From NCBI GenBank assembly GCA_964502225.1, contig CAZCUC010000006.1, positions 1 through 55,220 of the forward strand: a stretch of DNA of 55,220 nt, given 5' to 3'. The translations under genes and the position numbers were made by a program. The DNA comes from an uncultured Pseudomonadales bacterium. GTDB taxonomy: Bacteria > Patescibacteriota > Microgenomatia > UBA1400 > UBA12108. A model generated the notes under the pieces. That model made no database searches. It saw only the letters and a program-made list of their open reading frames with translations, and was not told the origin of the DNA. Every line of letters starts with the position of its first letter. Positions within the stretch are counted from its first letter, which is position 1. Shown one piece after another: positions 1 through 8,407 of this stretch.

Positions 1-53
1 GGCATTCTCGGTTCGGAACCGAGAGGTAGAGAGTTCGATTCTCTCCACCCCGA
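1..53 (+). tRNA. 3' part of a class II (long extra arm) tRNA cut by the window edge; isotype undetermined
   Basis: Extra-arm helix tctcggtt(6-13)/aaccgaga(17-24). T-arm gagag-ttcgatt-ctctc (29-45). Acceptor 3' strand caccccg (46-52), discriminator a53. CCA is not encoded. Confidence 0.5.
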
Positions 54-60
54 CAGAAGA

Positions 61-98
61 AAATCGCAAATCATCAATTCTCAAATTCTCCAATGGGG
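61..98. repeat. Intergenic copy of a dispersed AT-rich mini-repeat (TCAAATTCTCCAAT family)
   Basis: Sequence aaatcgcaaatcatcaattctcaaattctccaatgggg. It shares 12-14-mers with the copies at 4871, 5947 and 6711. Confidence 0.7.
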
Positions 99-149
99 TT
101 TATGGTGTAAAATAGCTATAATAATTCGGATTAATGGAGGAGAAAGAAT

Positions 150-623
150 ATGACCATGCAAAGAACAGTAGTACTCGTAAAACCAGATGGACTCCAGAGG
201 GGACTAATCGGCCCGATCATGGCCAGATTTGAGCAGAAAGGGCTAAAACTAGTCGGTCTCAAGATGATGAGACTAAACGATGAGCTCCTAGATACCTGGT
301 ACGCTCACCACAAAGAAAAGTCATTTTTTGCTGATCTCAAAGCATTTATGACCTGGACCCCGATTGTCGCTATGGTCTGGGAAGGTCAAGAGGCCGTCTC
401 GGCTGTGCGCAAGCTTGTGGGGGTGACCAAGGGTTACGAGGCCGAGGCAGGCTCGATCCGCGGTGACTTTGCCATGTCCGGAAGCCAAAATTTGATCCAT
501 GCCTCAGATGAACCAGGGAATGCAGAGAAAGAGATCGGGCTTATTTTCTCGAGCGACGAGCTGTTTGAGTATGAAAATGCCGAGGAATGCCTGATCTACT
601 CCGATTTTGAGAGAGGGAAGTAG
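150..623 (+). CDS. ndk: Nucleoside diphosphate kinase
   Basis: RTVVLVKPDG, FEQKGLKLVGLKMM and the catalytic-His motif NLIHASD. A GGAGGAG Shine-Dalgarno lies about 7 nt upstream of the ATG. Confidence 0.93.
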   Translation: MTMQRTVVLVKPDGLQRGLIGPIMARFEQKGLKLVGLKMMRLNDELLDTWYAHHKEKSFFADLKAFMTWTPIVAMVWEGQEAVSAVRKLVGVTKGYEAEAGSIRGDFAMSGSQNLIHASDEPGNAEKEIGLIFSSDELFEYENAEECLIYSDFERGK

Positions 624-670
624 GGTTTGTGCGCATTGCATAAGTAGGCGAGATTTGAGATAATTTGTTT

Positions 671-988
671 ATGGGTTTAGGTCGTTTGATTGAATTAACT
701 GGTTTAGGACTCTCTCTCAATGGGTTGTCTTTTACGGTTGAACCACTTAGAAGTACGCATAGTGGTAGCTTGATTCGTCTAAGAAAAGATGAAGTAGCGA
801 TTTGTGAAGCTAAAGCGGGTATCGTCAGAAATGATCTCGAGAGACTATTTGGTTTATTGCACATAACATTCGTCGGGTTATTTGAGGGAAGGGATGGTGG
901 GGTAGATATTTCAACATATCGAGATGAGAAGACGGGCGATGTCGTGAGAAGGTTGGTAGATGAAATTGGCCTCAAACAAGACAATTAG
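671..988 (+). CDS. Hypothetical small protein (weak call)
   Basis: Open frame with an ATG at 671 (the ORF track starts at TTG 665). No recognisable motif. It competes with an antisense ORF at 541-984. Confidence 0.3.
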   Translation: MGLGRLIELTGLGLSLNGLSFTVEPLRSTHSGSLIRLRKDEVAICEAKAGIVRNDLERLFGLLHITFVGLFEGRDGGVDISTYRDEKTGDVVRRLVDEIGLKQDN

Positions 989-1070
989 TGAATTTATTTG
1001 TGTTATAACCAAGAATTCCTGCCCGTAGTGCTTTTAGCACAGCTGATGCAGGCGGGGAACTTGGATATTG

Positions 1071-1142
1071 TGTCCCGACCGGGAATTGAACCTGGATCGG
1101 AGGTTTAGGAAACCTCTGTTCTATCCATTGAACTACCGGGAC
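1071..1142 (-). tRNA. tRNA-Arg (anticodon CCT)
   Basis: The reverse complement folds as a cloverleaf: GTCCCGG-TA-GTTC-AATGGATA-GAAC-A-GAGGT-TTCCTAA-ACCTC-CGAT-CCAGG-TTCAATT-CCCGG-TCGGGAC-A. The anticodon loop is ttCCTaa. There is one A-C mismatch in the T stem. Confidence 0.75.
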
Positions 1143-1171
1143 GCAGGGATATTATACTAGGTAAGTAGTAC

Positions 1172-2596
1172 TTATTTCAGTTTGATGGTGTACAAGTTGG
1201 GGATCGTGCCTTCGGAGAAAGAGAGGCGGGTGATGATCTTGGATCCATCTGGCCAGGGGTAAACGATCGAGGGGTCCATGGGTCCGCCGTAGAGGGTAAA
1301 GCGGTTGGTCCCGTCGTACTCGATGATATCGATCCCATTGGCGGAGGTCAGGATCAAGTGATTGGAGTCTGGGTACCACTGGATAGTGCCCACAAAAATC
1401 GGTGAGTACTGAGCATTGAAGAGAGTGATGCTTTCGAGTGTGGTGACGTTGTTTTGGAGGGCATGGAAAGCCGAGGGTGAAGAGATCAGCTCGGCAGGGA
1501 TAGCCTCGGTAAAGTTGGGGAGGAGAGTGAGCTTTGTAGGGGTAAAGACCGATTTGAGAGGAGCGAGGGATTTTTTGGATTTGGGAGTGGGTGAAGGCGC
1601 TGGGGTGGGGAGCGTACCTTCGGCGATCAAGAAATTTTTATCTTCTTTGAGATCGTAGATGTACCAAGATCCGGGTTTGATCCCGCGGGATTCCAGCTGG
1701 GTAGAGGAGGAGGGCAGAGCCTCGATTAGATGAGAGGGGATATCGAGGGCGGTCGTGGCTTGGTAGAGGAGTTTTTTGTTGTCGGGGGAGAAGTAGAGAT
1801 TGGTGGCCGAGCCGGTTGCGACCGTCGCCATAAAATCGGGTAGTTTGAGGAGTTGGACGCGCTCCTCTCTAGCTAGCTCTAGCTCCCATTCCGAGAGGAT
1901 CTGGGGGAGGCGCACAGTCACATCGGTCAAATCGGCCAGATCGTTGAAGGTGCTGGTACTGAGTAGTATGTGGGCGCCACTTTCAAAGGCGACTAAGATC
2001 TCTGAGCCATTGGGGCTCCAGGTATAACTACTAGTGACGTAGTTGTATCCAGGTTCGGTACGGGCAATTTGCCTGGCAGTTTTGTTGAGATTGATGGGGG
2101 AGGAGGAGAGATCTTGGATGTAGAGACCGTTTTTGGCGATAGCTGATGCAGAGGCGACCGTAAAGGCCAGCTTGGTGCCGTCTGGCGAGGGGACTGCCTG
2201 GATAGCCCCAGTATAGGTGAGGGGCTCAAGGGTCGGACTAATGGGGAAAAGCTGGGCGCTAGTTTCGGTGACTAGCTCGGCCGTGATTTGGAGTTGCTTT
2301 TTCCAGGTATGGTAGCCATCTTTTTTGATTTCAACATCATAGAGGTTGGGATCTAGGTTGAGGGTGTTGTCGGTCGCGGTGGTGAGCTTGCCGTTGATGT
2401 AGACCTCGGCGGCGGTGGGATAGGAGCCAGCAGAGAGGAGACCAGTCCCTTTGATCACTCCACTGCGCGTGGGGCGGTATCCCTGGGCATAGCGGATCAT
2501 GAGAAAAGTACCAAAGAAAATAAAGAGGATGGTCGAGAGGAAAATGAGCAGGCGCATCTTGGCGGGTGAGGGGAGTTTGAGTTTAGCAAATTTCAT
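1172..2596 (-). CDS. Membrane-anchored PEGA-domain / TolB-like beta-propeller repeat protein
   Basis: N-terminal TM segment (LLIFLSTILFIFFGTFLMI). PEGA-like segment AEVYINGKLTTATDNTLNLDPNLYDVEIKKDGYHTWKK. Repeated SPDGTKLAF / WSPNGSEIL / FSPDNKKLLY / WYPDSNHLIL / WPDGSKII motifs. Confidence 0.7.
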   Translation of the reverse strand: MKFAKLKLPSPAKMRLLIFLSTILFIFFGTFLMIRYAQGYRPTRSGVIKGTGLLSAGSYPTAAEVYINGKLTTATDNTLNLDPNLYDVEIKKDGYHTWKKQLQITAELVTETSAQLFPISPTLEPLTYTGAIQAVPSPDGTKLAFTVASASAIAKNGLYIQDLSSSPINLNKTARQIARTEPGYNYVTSSYTWSPNGSEILVAFESGAHILLSTSTFNDLADLTDVTVRLPQILSEWELELAREERVQLLKLPDFMATVATGSATNLYFSPDNKKLLYQATTALDIPSHLIEALPSSSTQLESRGIKPGSWYIYDLKEDKNFLIAEGTLPTPAPSPTPKSKKSLAPLKSVFTPTKLTLLPNFTEAIPAELISSPSAFHALQNNVTTLESITLFNAQYSPIFVGTIQWYPDSNHLILTSANGIDIIEYDGTNRFTLYGGPMDPSIVYPWPDGSKIITRLSFSEGTIPNLYTIKLK

Positions 2597-2629
2597 ATGT
2601 CATATTATAGCAACTAAGTGGTCAAGTAA

Positions 2630-3637
2630 CTAACGCAGGACAGCGGAGGGAGTGGAGGTAGCAGAGGGAGTGCTCGTGGGGGTGATGAATGAGTAGTTGA
2701 AACTAGCGTCCGCGCCTACCGGGAAATCGGTGTAGAGAGTAAAAGACTCGGTGGCGGGAGTAACCCAATACTTTTTGGCGGGGGCAAAGTCGGAGGTAAA
2801 GGTGATATTGACTGGGGTAGTGGGGGTGATTTTTGCGGCCGGGATCGAAACTTGATTTTTGTTTTTGTGGAGAGTGGCGGTGCCGGTCACGAGCGAGGTA
2901 TTGTCGAGCTTGATTGTGGTCACGGGGACCGGCTTGGCGTCTTTGAGGAGCTCAGCAGAGAGATGATCCTGGAACTTGAGGAGCAAATCGTCGAGGCGCG
3001 GATCTTGAGTGGTAGTTGAGGCTCCCTGGACTGCACCACTGGAGGGAATCTGGGGAGAGACCGGGGTAGAGCTTTGATTAAAGATCAAATGATAACAAAT
3101 GAGCAGAGTAAGGGTGATGACCAAGTTCCAGATTTGGTTATCCAGTGACCAGGAGGATTTGACAGGAGGGAGTGTTGGTTTGGCTAGTTTGTTGAGGCGG
3201 GGGAGTGCGACCTGTTGGACAATGGGCTCATCATTAATAGCTGGCTCTGCAACAGGGGAGAGTTGTGGCTCTGGTTCGATCTCGCGGACAAAATGTTTGA
3301 GCTCGTCGAGCTTGGCCATGAGTTTTTGCCGCGGATAATAAGTGTTACCTGAGGTAATCAAAGGATGGATCTTGCCTTCGTTTTCCCAGCGCATGATCGT
3401 AGCTGACGAGACCCCACAGAGCTGACTGGCTTGGAGCGGGGTCAAGAGATCGTCTTGACCAGCGATCGTGCCGTGCTTGATGGCGTCGAGGATCTGGAGA
3501 TCTTCTATGGAGTAGCGACGCTGGTTGCCGAGCGTGCGACTGGGTTTAAATCGCCCAGCCTCTTCCCACCGGCGCAAGGTCTTGTCCGACAAGCCGAGCT
3601 TGGTAGCGACTTCGATAATTGTGTAGAGCTTGTCCAT
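2630..3637 (-). CDS. Membrane-anchored protein with two tandem MerR/excisionase-type HTH domains
   Basis: YTIIEVATKLGLSDKTLRRWEEAGRFKPSRTLGNQRRYSIEDL and LLTPLQASQLCGVSSATIMRWENEGKIHP, followed by a TM segment (IWNLVITLTLLICYHLIF) and a Thr/Ser/Pro-rich C-terminal domain. The start is moved to the ATG at 3637 (MDKLYT). Confidence 0.65.
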   Translation of the reverse strand: MDKLYTIIEVATKLGLSDKTLRRWEEAGRFKPSRTLGNQRRYSIEDLQILDAIKHGTIAGQDDLLTPLQASQLCGVSSATIMRWENEGKIHPLITSGNTYYPRQKLMAKLDELKHFVREIEPEPQLSPVAEPAINDEPIVQQVALPRLNKLAKPTLPPVKSSWSLDNQIWNLVITLTLLICYHLIFNQSSTPVSPQIPSSGAVQGASTTTQDPRLDDLLLKFQDHLSAELLKDAKPVPVTTIKLDNTSLVTGTATLHKNKNQVSIPAAKITPTTPVNITFTSDFAPAKKYWVTPATESFTLYTDFPVGADASFNYSFITPTSTPSATSTPSAVLR

Positions 3638-3854
3638 AACTTGTACATCCAGATATTTGTCTAAGTTTGTTGGGGATATTTTGAGTGTAAATCTGCGGGA
3701 TTTGAATGTCAAGACTGAATAAATAACGCAATATATATACCTGTAATGCGGTAATAAAGAAATACGTGCGGTAATAATGTGATAGCCGTGAAAACCCCAT
3801 TTCGCTCCGTGGGCTACACTGGGGCAGGGTGCCCATATTCGGTTTTGAAGGTCA

Positions 3855-3863
3855 TGGTAAAAT
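3855..3863 (+). promoter_or_regulatory. Extended -10 element (TGgTAAAAT) for mreB; the transcript is near-leaderless
   Basis: tggtaaaat ends 8 nt before the mreB ATG (3872). There is no Shine-Dalgarno in between. Confidence 0.5.
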
Positions 3864-3871
3864 GAATAGAT

Positions 3872-4873
3872 ATGAAGTTTGGTAAGCGTTTAGGGATAGA
3901 TCTGGGGACAGCCAATTCGCTCGTGTGGCTCGCTGGTGAAGGACTGGTTTTGAACGAACCCACTGTGGTGGCTGTGAACGTGGGTGATATGCGAGTGGTT
4001 GCGGTAGGCAACGAAGCCAAGACGATGTTGGGTCGTACCCCGGGCAATATTATCGCTAGTAGACCCATGAAAGACGGCGTGATCGCGGATTATGCAGTGA
4101 CTGAGGCAATGCTTAAGTATTTTATTACACGAGCCATAGGCTCGACTTGGCTGTTTAAACCAGACATTATGATTTGTGTGCCTGCAGGGTGTACCCAAGT
4201 AGAGAGGCGTGCCGCACAGGATGCCACGATTGCGGCAGGTGCCCGCCAAGTGTACTTGATCGACGAGCCACTGGCGGCCGCGATAGGGGCCGGGATCCCG
4301 ATTGCCGAGGCCTCGGGTAATATGATTTTGGATATAGGGGGCGGCTCGGCCGAGGCGGCCGTGATTGCACTGGGCGGGGTGGTCGTCCACAAAAGCGTGC
4401 GAGTAGGGGGGACGAAGCTGGATGAGGCGATCATTGATTTTGCTCGCAGGACCCATTCTTTGATAATCGGCGATCAAACTGCCGAAACCGTAAAAATAAA
4501 AATTGGCTCGGCCACAAAACTGGCTCGCGAAGAGAGTATGAACGTCAAAGGACGCGATAGTGTGACCGGCTTGCCGCGAACCGTGGTCTTTACCTCGAGT
4601 GATATCCACCAGGCTATGCAGAAACCGCTCTCCCAGATCGTCGGCGTAGTCAAGGCGGTACTCGAAGAAACTCCCCCAGAACTCTCGAGTGATATCATCG
4701 ATAAAGGTATTGTGATGAGTGGGGGTACCTCTACCTTGAGAAACCTGGATGCCCTCCTGACAAAAGAGGTCGGGGTACCGGCATATCTAGCCGAGGATCC
4801 GCTGTTTTGCGTGGTCAAGGGGACGGGGAGAGCGATCGAGAATATTGATAGTTACAGGCGAGCGCTAAGATAA
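3872..4873 (+). CDS. mreB: Rod shape-determining actin homologue MreB
   Basis: LGIDLGTANSLVW, DEPLAAAIGAG, ILDIGGGSAEAAVI and the GGTSTLRNLDALL actin/Hsp70-fold motifs. Length 333 aa. Confidence 0.95.
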   Translation: MKFGKRLGIDLGTANSLVWLAGEGLVLNEPTVVAVNVGDMRVVAVGNEAKTMLGRTPGNIIASRPMKDGVIADYAVTEAMLKYFITRAIGSTWLFKPDIMICVPAGCTQVERRAAQDATIAAGARQVYLIDEPLAAAIGAGIPIAEASGNMILDIGGGSAEAAVIALGGVVVHKSVRVGGTKLDEAIIDFARRTHSLIIGDQTAETVKIKIGSATKLAREESMNVKGRDSVTGLPRTVVFTSSDIHQAMQKPLSQIVGVVKAVLEETPPELSSDIIDKGIVMSGGTSTLRNLDALLTKEVGVPAYLAEDPLFCVVKGTGRAIENIDSYRRALR

Positions 4874-4906
4874 TTTCAAATCATAAATTCTCCAATTCTC
4901 CAATCG
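4871..4906. repeat. Intergenic copy of the AT-rich mini-repeat
   Basis: Sequence taatttcaaatcataaattctccaattctccaatcg. It shares aaattctccaat with the copies at 61 and 6711. Confidence 0.7.
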
Positions 4907-4975
4907 AATGTAATTAATTTGTGTACATTTGAGAATTTGAGATTTATCATTGATATATTGGTATACTGTTGTGAT

Positions 4976-6181
4976 ATGGTAATTGGAATCGATGCCTCGA
5001 GAGCGTATATTAGCGATAAAACGGGTACCGAGAACTACTCATATCACCTTATCAATGCCATGCTTCGACTGCCAGAAGCAAAATCACACACATTTGTCCT
5101 GTTTATCCGACCAAATACGATTGTCCCAAAAGAAATTGTTGGATATAGCAATGTAATTGTCAAAGAAGTCAAGTTTAAGTATTTGTGGACGCAGGTCGGT
5201 TTAGCCTGGGAAACATATCAAAAATTGACGATTGATGTATTGTGGGTGCCGGCCCATACTCTGCCCCTCCTTCGCCGAGGCTTCGGAGGGCTAGGCGGTA
5301 AGTTGAGGACAGTGGTGACGATCCATGGCCTGGAGTACCAGTGGTTGCCAGAATACAAAAACTGGTTGCAAAAATGGTACCTCCCGCTGTCTACCTATTA
5401 CGCGGCAAAGTATGCAGACAAGTTGATCGCTGTCTCGCAATTTACCGCAAATCAACTCAAAAAAGAACTACATACTAGCTCAAAGAAGATCAAAGTGGTG
5501 TATGAAGGGGTGGACGTTGGACAACCAGAATACTCAGAGAATCAGCTTTACCAGCAATTTGGGGTAACAAAAAAGCAATATGTTCTCTTTGTGGGGACGA
5601 TCCAGCCAAGGAAGAACTTGGTGGCTTTGATAGAGGCATTTGCTTTGATAGCCAAAGATCTACCAGGCATAAAACTAGTGATTGCGGGTGCTGTAGGGTG
5701 GGATTACGGGGAGGTACTGCGAGCACCCTCCAGATATGGGATTCAGGAAAAGGTGGTATTTACAGGGAGAGTAGGCGAGCTAGAACTGAGCCAGTTGTAC
5801 CAGGGGGCCGCACTATATGTCCAACCCTCGATCACAGAGGGGTTTGGATTACCCGTGCTAGAGGCGATGGCGCACAAGGTCCCTGTCGTGAGTAGCGATG
5901 GGGGAGCACTAAAGGAAGTGGTGGGCGATGGGGGAGTATTAGTCAATCTCAAATCACAAATGCCAAACCCGCTTCGCAGCGAGGCGAGTTCTCAAATTGG
6001 AGACGATTTTGCCATGCGACTTGCTGATGCAATGAAGCGTGTGTTAAGTAGTAAAAAACGACAAGATAGTTTAATCTCTATGGGACTGAAGCGAGTCAAA
6101 TCTTTCACCTGGGAAAAGGCGGCAAAAGATAGTTTGGAGGTCATAGTGGGGGAGGGGTATAACAAGAAATTTAGATTCTAG
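4976..6181 (+). CDS. Glycosyltransferase, GT4 (GT-B fold) family
   Basis: The N-terminus MVIGIDASRAY is typical of the family. C-terminal GT1/GT4 signature: FVGTIQPRKN, VFTGRV, LYVQPSITEGFGLPVLEAMAHKVPVVSSDGGALKEVVGDGG. Start set at ATG 4976, with TGgTATACT (4959-4967) 8 nt upstream. Confidence 0.85.
   Translation: MVIGIDASRAYISDKTGTENYSYHLINAMLRLPEAKSHTFVLFIRPNTIVPKEIVGYSNVIVKEVKFKYLWTQVGLAWETYQKLTIDVLWVPAHTLPLLRRGFGGLGGKLRTVVTIHGLEYQWLPEYKNWLQKWYLPLSTYYAAKYADKLIAVSQFTANQLKKELHTSSKKIKVVYEGVDVGQPEYSENQLYQQFGVTKKQYVLFVGTIQPRKNLVALIEAFALIAKDLPGIKLVIAGAVGWDYGEVLRAPSRYGIQEKVVFTGRVGELELSQLYQGAALYVQPSITEGFGLPVLEAMAHKVPVVSSDGGALKEVVGDGGVLVNLKSQMPNPLRSEASSQIGDDFAMRLADAMKRVLSSKKRQDSLISMGLKRVKSFTWEKAAKDSLEVIVGEGYNKKFRF
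5947..6003 (+). repeat. Mini-repeat copy inside the GT4 CDS, in frame, with a nested GC-rich insert
   Basis: Sequence tctcaaatcacaaatg-[ccaaacccgcttcgcagcgaggcgag]-ttctcaaattggag. It is translated as LKSQMPNPLRSEASSQIG. Confidence 0.7.
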
Positions 6182-6453
6182 ATGATAGACGATAGATTTT
6201 AGCATTTCCCAGATATTAAAACAGTATAAATAATTTGATCGAAAGGACATTTTTCTAGATAATTTTGCGATAAGTTATAGTCTTAGAGTATTTATATCTG
6301 AGATTTAGGCAGTTGGAAGATGGTTTGTAGACATCTTATTAATTATAAGGTGATAATTTTGAGTCATTTTATGGTCAATTTTGCACTATTTTTCCAGAAA
6401 AGGTATGATGAGGGTAAGAATTAGGATCTAGAATTTTGGAAATAGGTAAAAAA

Positions 6454-7254
6454 ATGAGTAAAAAGTCACGTAAAACCAAAAATCAAAGTACTAAAAAGGC
6501 TGATTTACCCGTAGAAATTTTGGGTGTGACTATCTTTGGCACTCGATATAATCAAGTGCTAAAGAAACTTTGGCTCCAGAGGAAGGAATTGCTCCATGTG
6601 GCAACAGTAAATCCAGAGTACATAATGGAGGCTAGGACCAACCAAAAGTTCTCCCAAGTGCTAGCCAAGTGTTTGACTGTAGCTGACGGGCATGGAGTGG
6701 TGTGGGCTAGTCAAATTCTCCAATCACAAATGACAAATTCTCAAATTGGGAGCGTGGAGCGGATTAGTGGGACCGAGCTAGTCCACGAGATCCTGCGTCA
6801 TGCGGACGAAAAACAAGAAAAAGTGTTTTTGCTCGGAGCGGCACCCGGGATAGCGGAGCGAGCCGCCAGGGAAATGAGTAAAAAATATCCTGCTGTCCAG
6901 ATGTCGTGGTACGAAGGAGCCAAGACCGTGGCTGTCGAGAAAAATGAGGAAGCAAGTATGACAATAGCCAAGATAAATGGCTTTGAGCCCGACTATTTGC
7001 TAGTTGCTTACAGCTCGCCGTACCAAGATATCTGGATCGAGGACAACCGACCATACCTGCGGGCCAAAGTGGCAATGGGGGTCGGCGGGGTGTTTGACGA
7101 GTGGGCAGGGCTGATCAAAATCTGCCCCGCATGGATTGACCGGATAGGGATGAAATGGCTGTGGAGAGTGATCCACGAACCATGGAGATGGAAAAGGATC
7201 GTGCGAGTTTGGCTGTTTGGATTACTTGTTGTGTACCACAAGTTGATAGATTGA
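6454..7254 (+). CDS. WecB/TagA/CpsF-family glycosyltransferase
   Basis: ILGVTIFG, VATVNPEYIMEA, DGHGVVWAS, RISGTELV, KVFLLGAAPGIAERAA, YSSPYQDIWI and MGVGGVFD. Start set at ATG 6454. Confidence 0.8.
   Translation: MSKKSRKTKNQSTKKADLPVEILGVTIFGTRYNQVLKKLWLQRKELLHVATVNPEYIMEARTNQKFSQVLAKCLTVADGHGVVWASQILQSQMTNSQIGSVERISGTELVHEILRHADEKQEKVFLLGAAPGIAERAAREMSKKYPAVQMSWYEGAKTVAVEKNEEASMTIAKINGFEPDYLLVAYSSPYQDIWIEDNRPYLRAKVAMGVGGVFDEWAGLIKICPAWIDRIGMKWLWRVIHEPWRWKRIVRVWLFGLLVVYHKLID
6711..6752 (+). repeat. Mini-repeat copy inside the TagA-family CDS, in frame
   Basis: Sequence tcaaattctccaatcacaaatgacaaattctcaaattgggag, translated as ILQSQMTNSQIGS. This is the same reading frame of the repeat as in the GT4 gene. 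Confidence 0.75.
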
Positions 7255-7255
7255 T

Positions 7256-8272
7256 CTAGTTTGTACGGAAGTAGTGGGAGTGGGAAAAACTAAGCTGTAC
7301 TAGTAGTAGGTCTTTAAAGGCGACAAGGGAATTTTGCTCATAAAAAAGTAGTAGGGTGTCACGATAATTTTTTTCGTCTACTGTGCGGTAAGAGATAGGG
7401 ATCAGGTCGTTACTGAGCAAGAGTGCGTTTCCAAGTAGGCGCGCAGTCCGTTTGTTGCCGTCTATAAAGGGTTGGATATAGGAAAACATGGCGTCCGCAA
7501 TAAGAGTTTGCTCAATAGGATTACTAGTCTGATTGATGATGGTGATAGTTTGCTCGAGCGCCAAAGAAATAGTTTGCGGATTGATGAGGGGTAGATACAT
7601 GGAACCACTAATGCCAACTGGCTGGTGTCTTATGCCAGCTTTGATGTTTAGTCCATCTGTCAGTATCTCGTGAACATGGACGATGTAGTCTAGGGATAGG
7701 CGACTTGGTTTGGGAGGATGATTCCAGATATGGTCCACGGCTTTTTTGTGATTGAGGATCATCTGGGTTTCGTAGCTAGTTTTGGTGGGTGAGGGGGATC
7801 CTGTGGTCAGGAGAGTGACTGTTTCTGGGAGAGTGTAGGTGTTACCCTCGATGGCCGATGATTTCCAGGAAAAGTCGATGGTAAAGCGCTCTTTTTCTTT
7901 TTCAGTTATAACTGGTCCAAGGATTGCAATTGATTTACTCAAACTGCGAAGGGGGACGGATAACTCGGCTGGGATGAGTAGATGGTGGAGATGATCAAAG
8001 ACTTTGGTATTAAAGTGAATTTCTTTGTTTAGATCTCTCGGGAGCGCAGGTGATAATACGGGATTGTAGTCTGCTAGCTGGTAAAGGGTAGAGCGGCCAG
8101 AGCCTAGGGTGACAATTTGGCCTGATAAAAGTAATTTTTGCAGTTCACGCAGTAGAGTAGGGCGTGTAATATCTGGCAATTTATTTTGTAAATTGAGACG
8201 AGAAAGGGGTCCTAGGGCAAGGATGTCTAGTATCGACTCCAGGCGTCGAGTGTTTTTCGTCTCATTTTTCAT
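7256..8272 (-). CDS. Fic/DOC-family protein with an N-terminal winged-helix and a degenerate Fic motif
   Basis: N-terminal wHTH (LGPLSRLNLQNKLPDITRPTLLRELQKLLLSGQIV). The core motif reads QPFIDGNKRTARLLGN, compared with the canonical HPFx(D/E)GNGRxxR. Confidence 0.75.
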   Translation of the reverse strand: MKNETKNTRRLESILDILALGPLSRLNLQNKLPDITRPTLLRELQKLLLSGQIVTLGSGRSTLYQLADYNPVLSPALPRDLNKEIHFNTKVFDHLHHLLIPAELSVPLRSLSKSIAILGPVITEKEKERFTIDFSWKSSAIEGNTYTLPETVTLLTTGSPSPTKTSYETQMILNHKKAVDHIWNHPPKPSRLSLDYIVHVHEILTDGLNIKAGIRHQPVGISGSMYLPLINPQTISLALEQTITIINQTSNPIEQTLIADAMFSYIQPFIDGNKRTARLLGNALLLSNDLIPISYRTVDEKNYRDTLLLFYEQNSLVAFKDLLLVQLSFSHSHYFRTN

Positions 8273-8407
8273 GACGTTATCGTCTCAAATTGATACGATT
8301 ATGTCAAATGGGGGACTTGTGACGAACAACAAGCAGGAAGAATAAATGACAGAAACTGTCAGATTTTGATGACGTAGTCATCCTTCCTACCTGTAGTCGG
8401 TTAATGG

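Noticed and set aside
1-53. The window-initial RNA fragment as a tmRNA 3' end
   Set aside because: The acceptor 3' strand caccccg does not fit the GGGG.../...CCACCA tmRNA acceptor pattern. The long extra-arm helix fits a class II tRNA better.
541-984. 147-aa minus-strand ORF overlapping the ndk 3' end and the 671-988 ORF
   Set aside because: It overlaps the confident ndk gene. It has no SD or promoter, and its Ser/Pro/Leu-rich composition looks non-coding. Even the plus-strand alternative is only a weak call.
3890-4818. Long antisense and alternative-frame ORFs inside mreB (3890-4609, 4090-4434, 4474-4818, 4167-4370)
   Set aside because: mreB on the plus strand is unambiguous. The antisense frames are Arg/Ser/Pro-rich shadows typical of a GC-richer gene, and they lack starts with SD or promoter context.
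5262-5292. GC-rich inverted repeat CCCTCC-N14-GGAGGG inside the GT4 gene (encoding LRRGFGGLGG), considered as another in-frame insertion
   Set aside because: It is plausible, but there is only a single occurrence. Without an orthologue alignment I cannot tell an insertion from a native loop.
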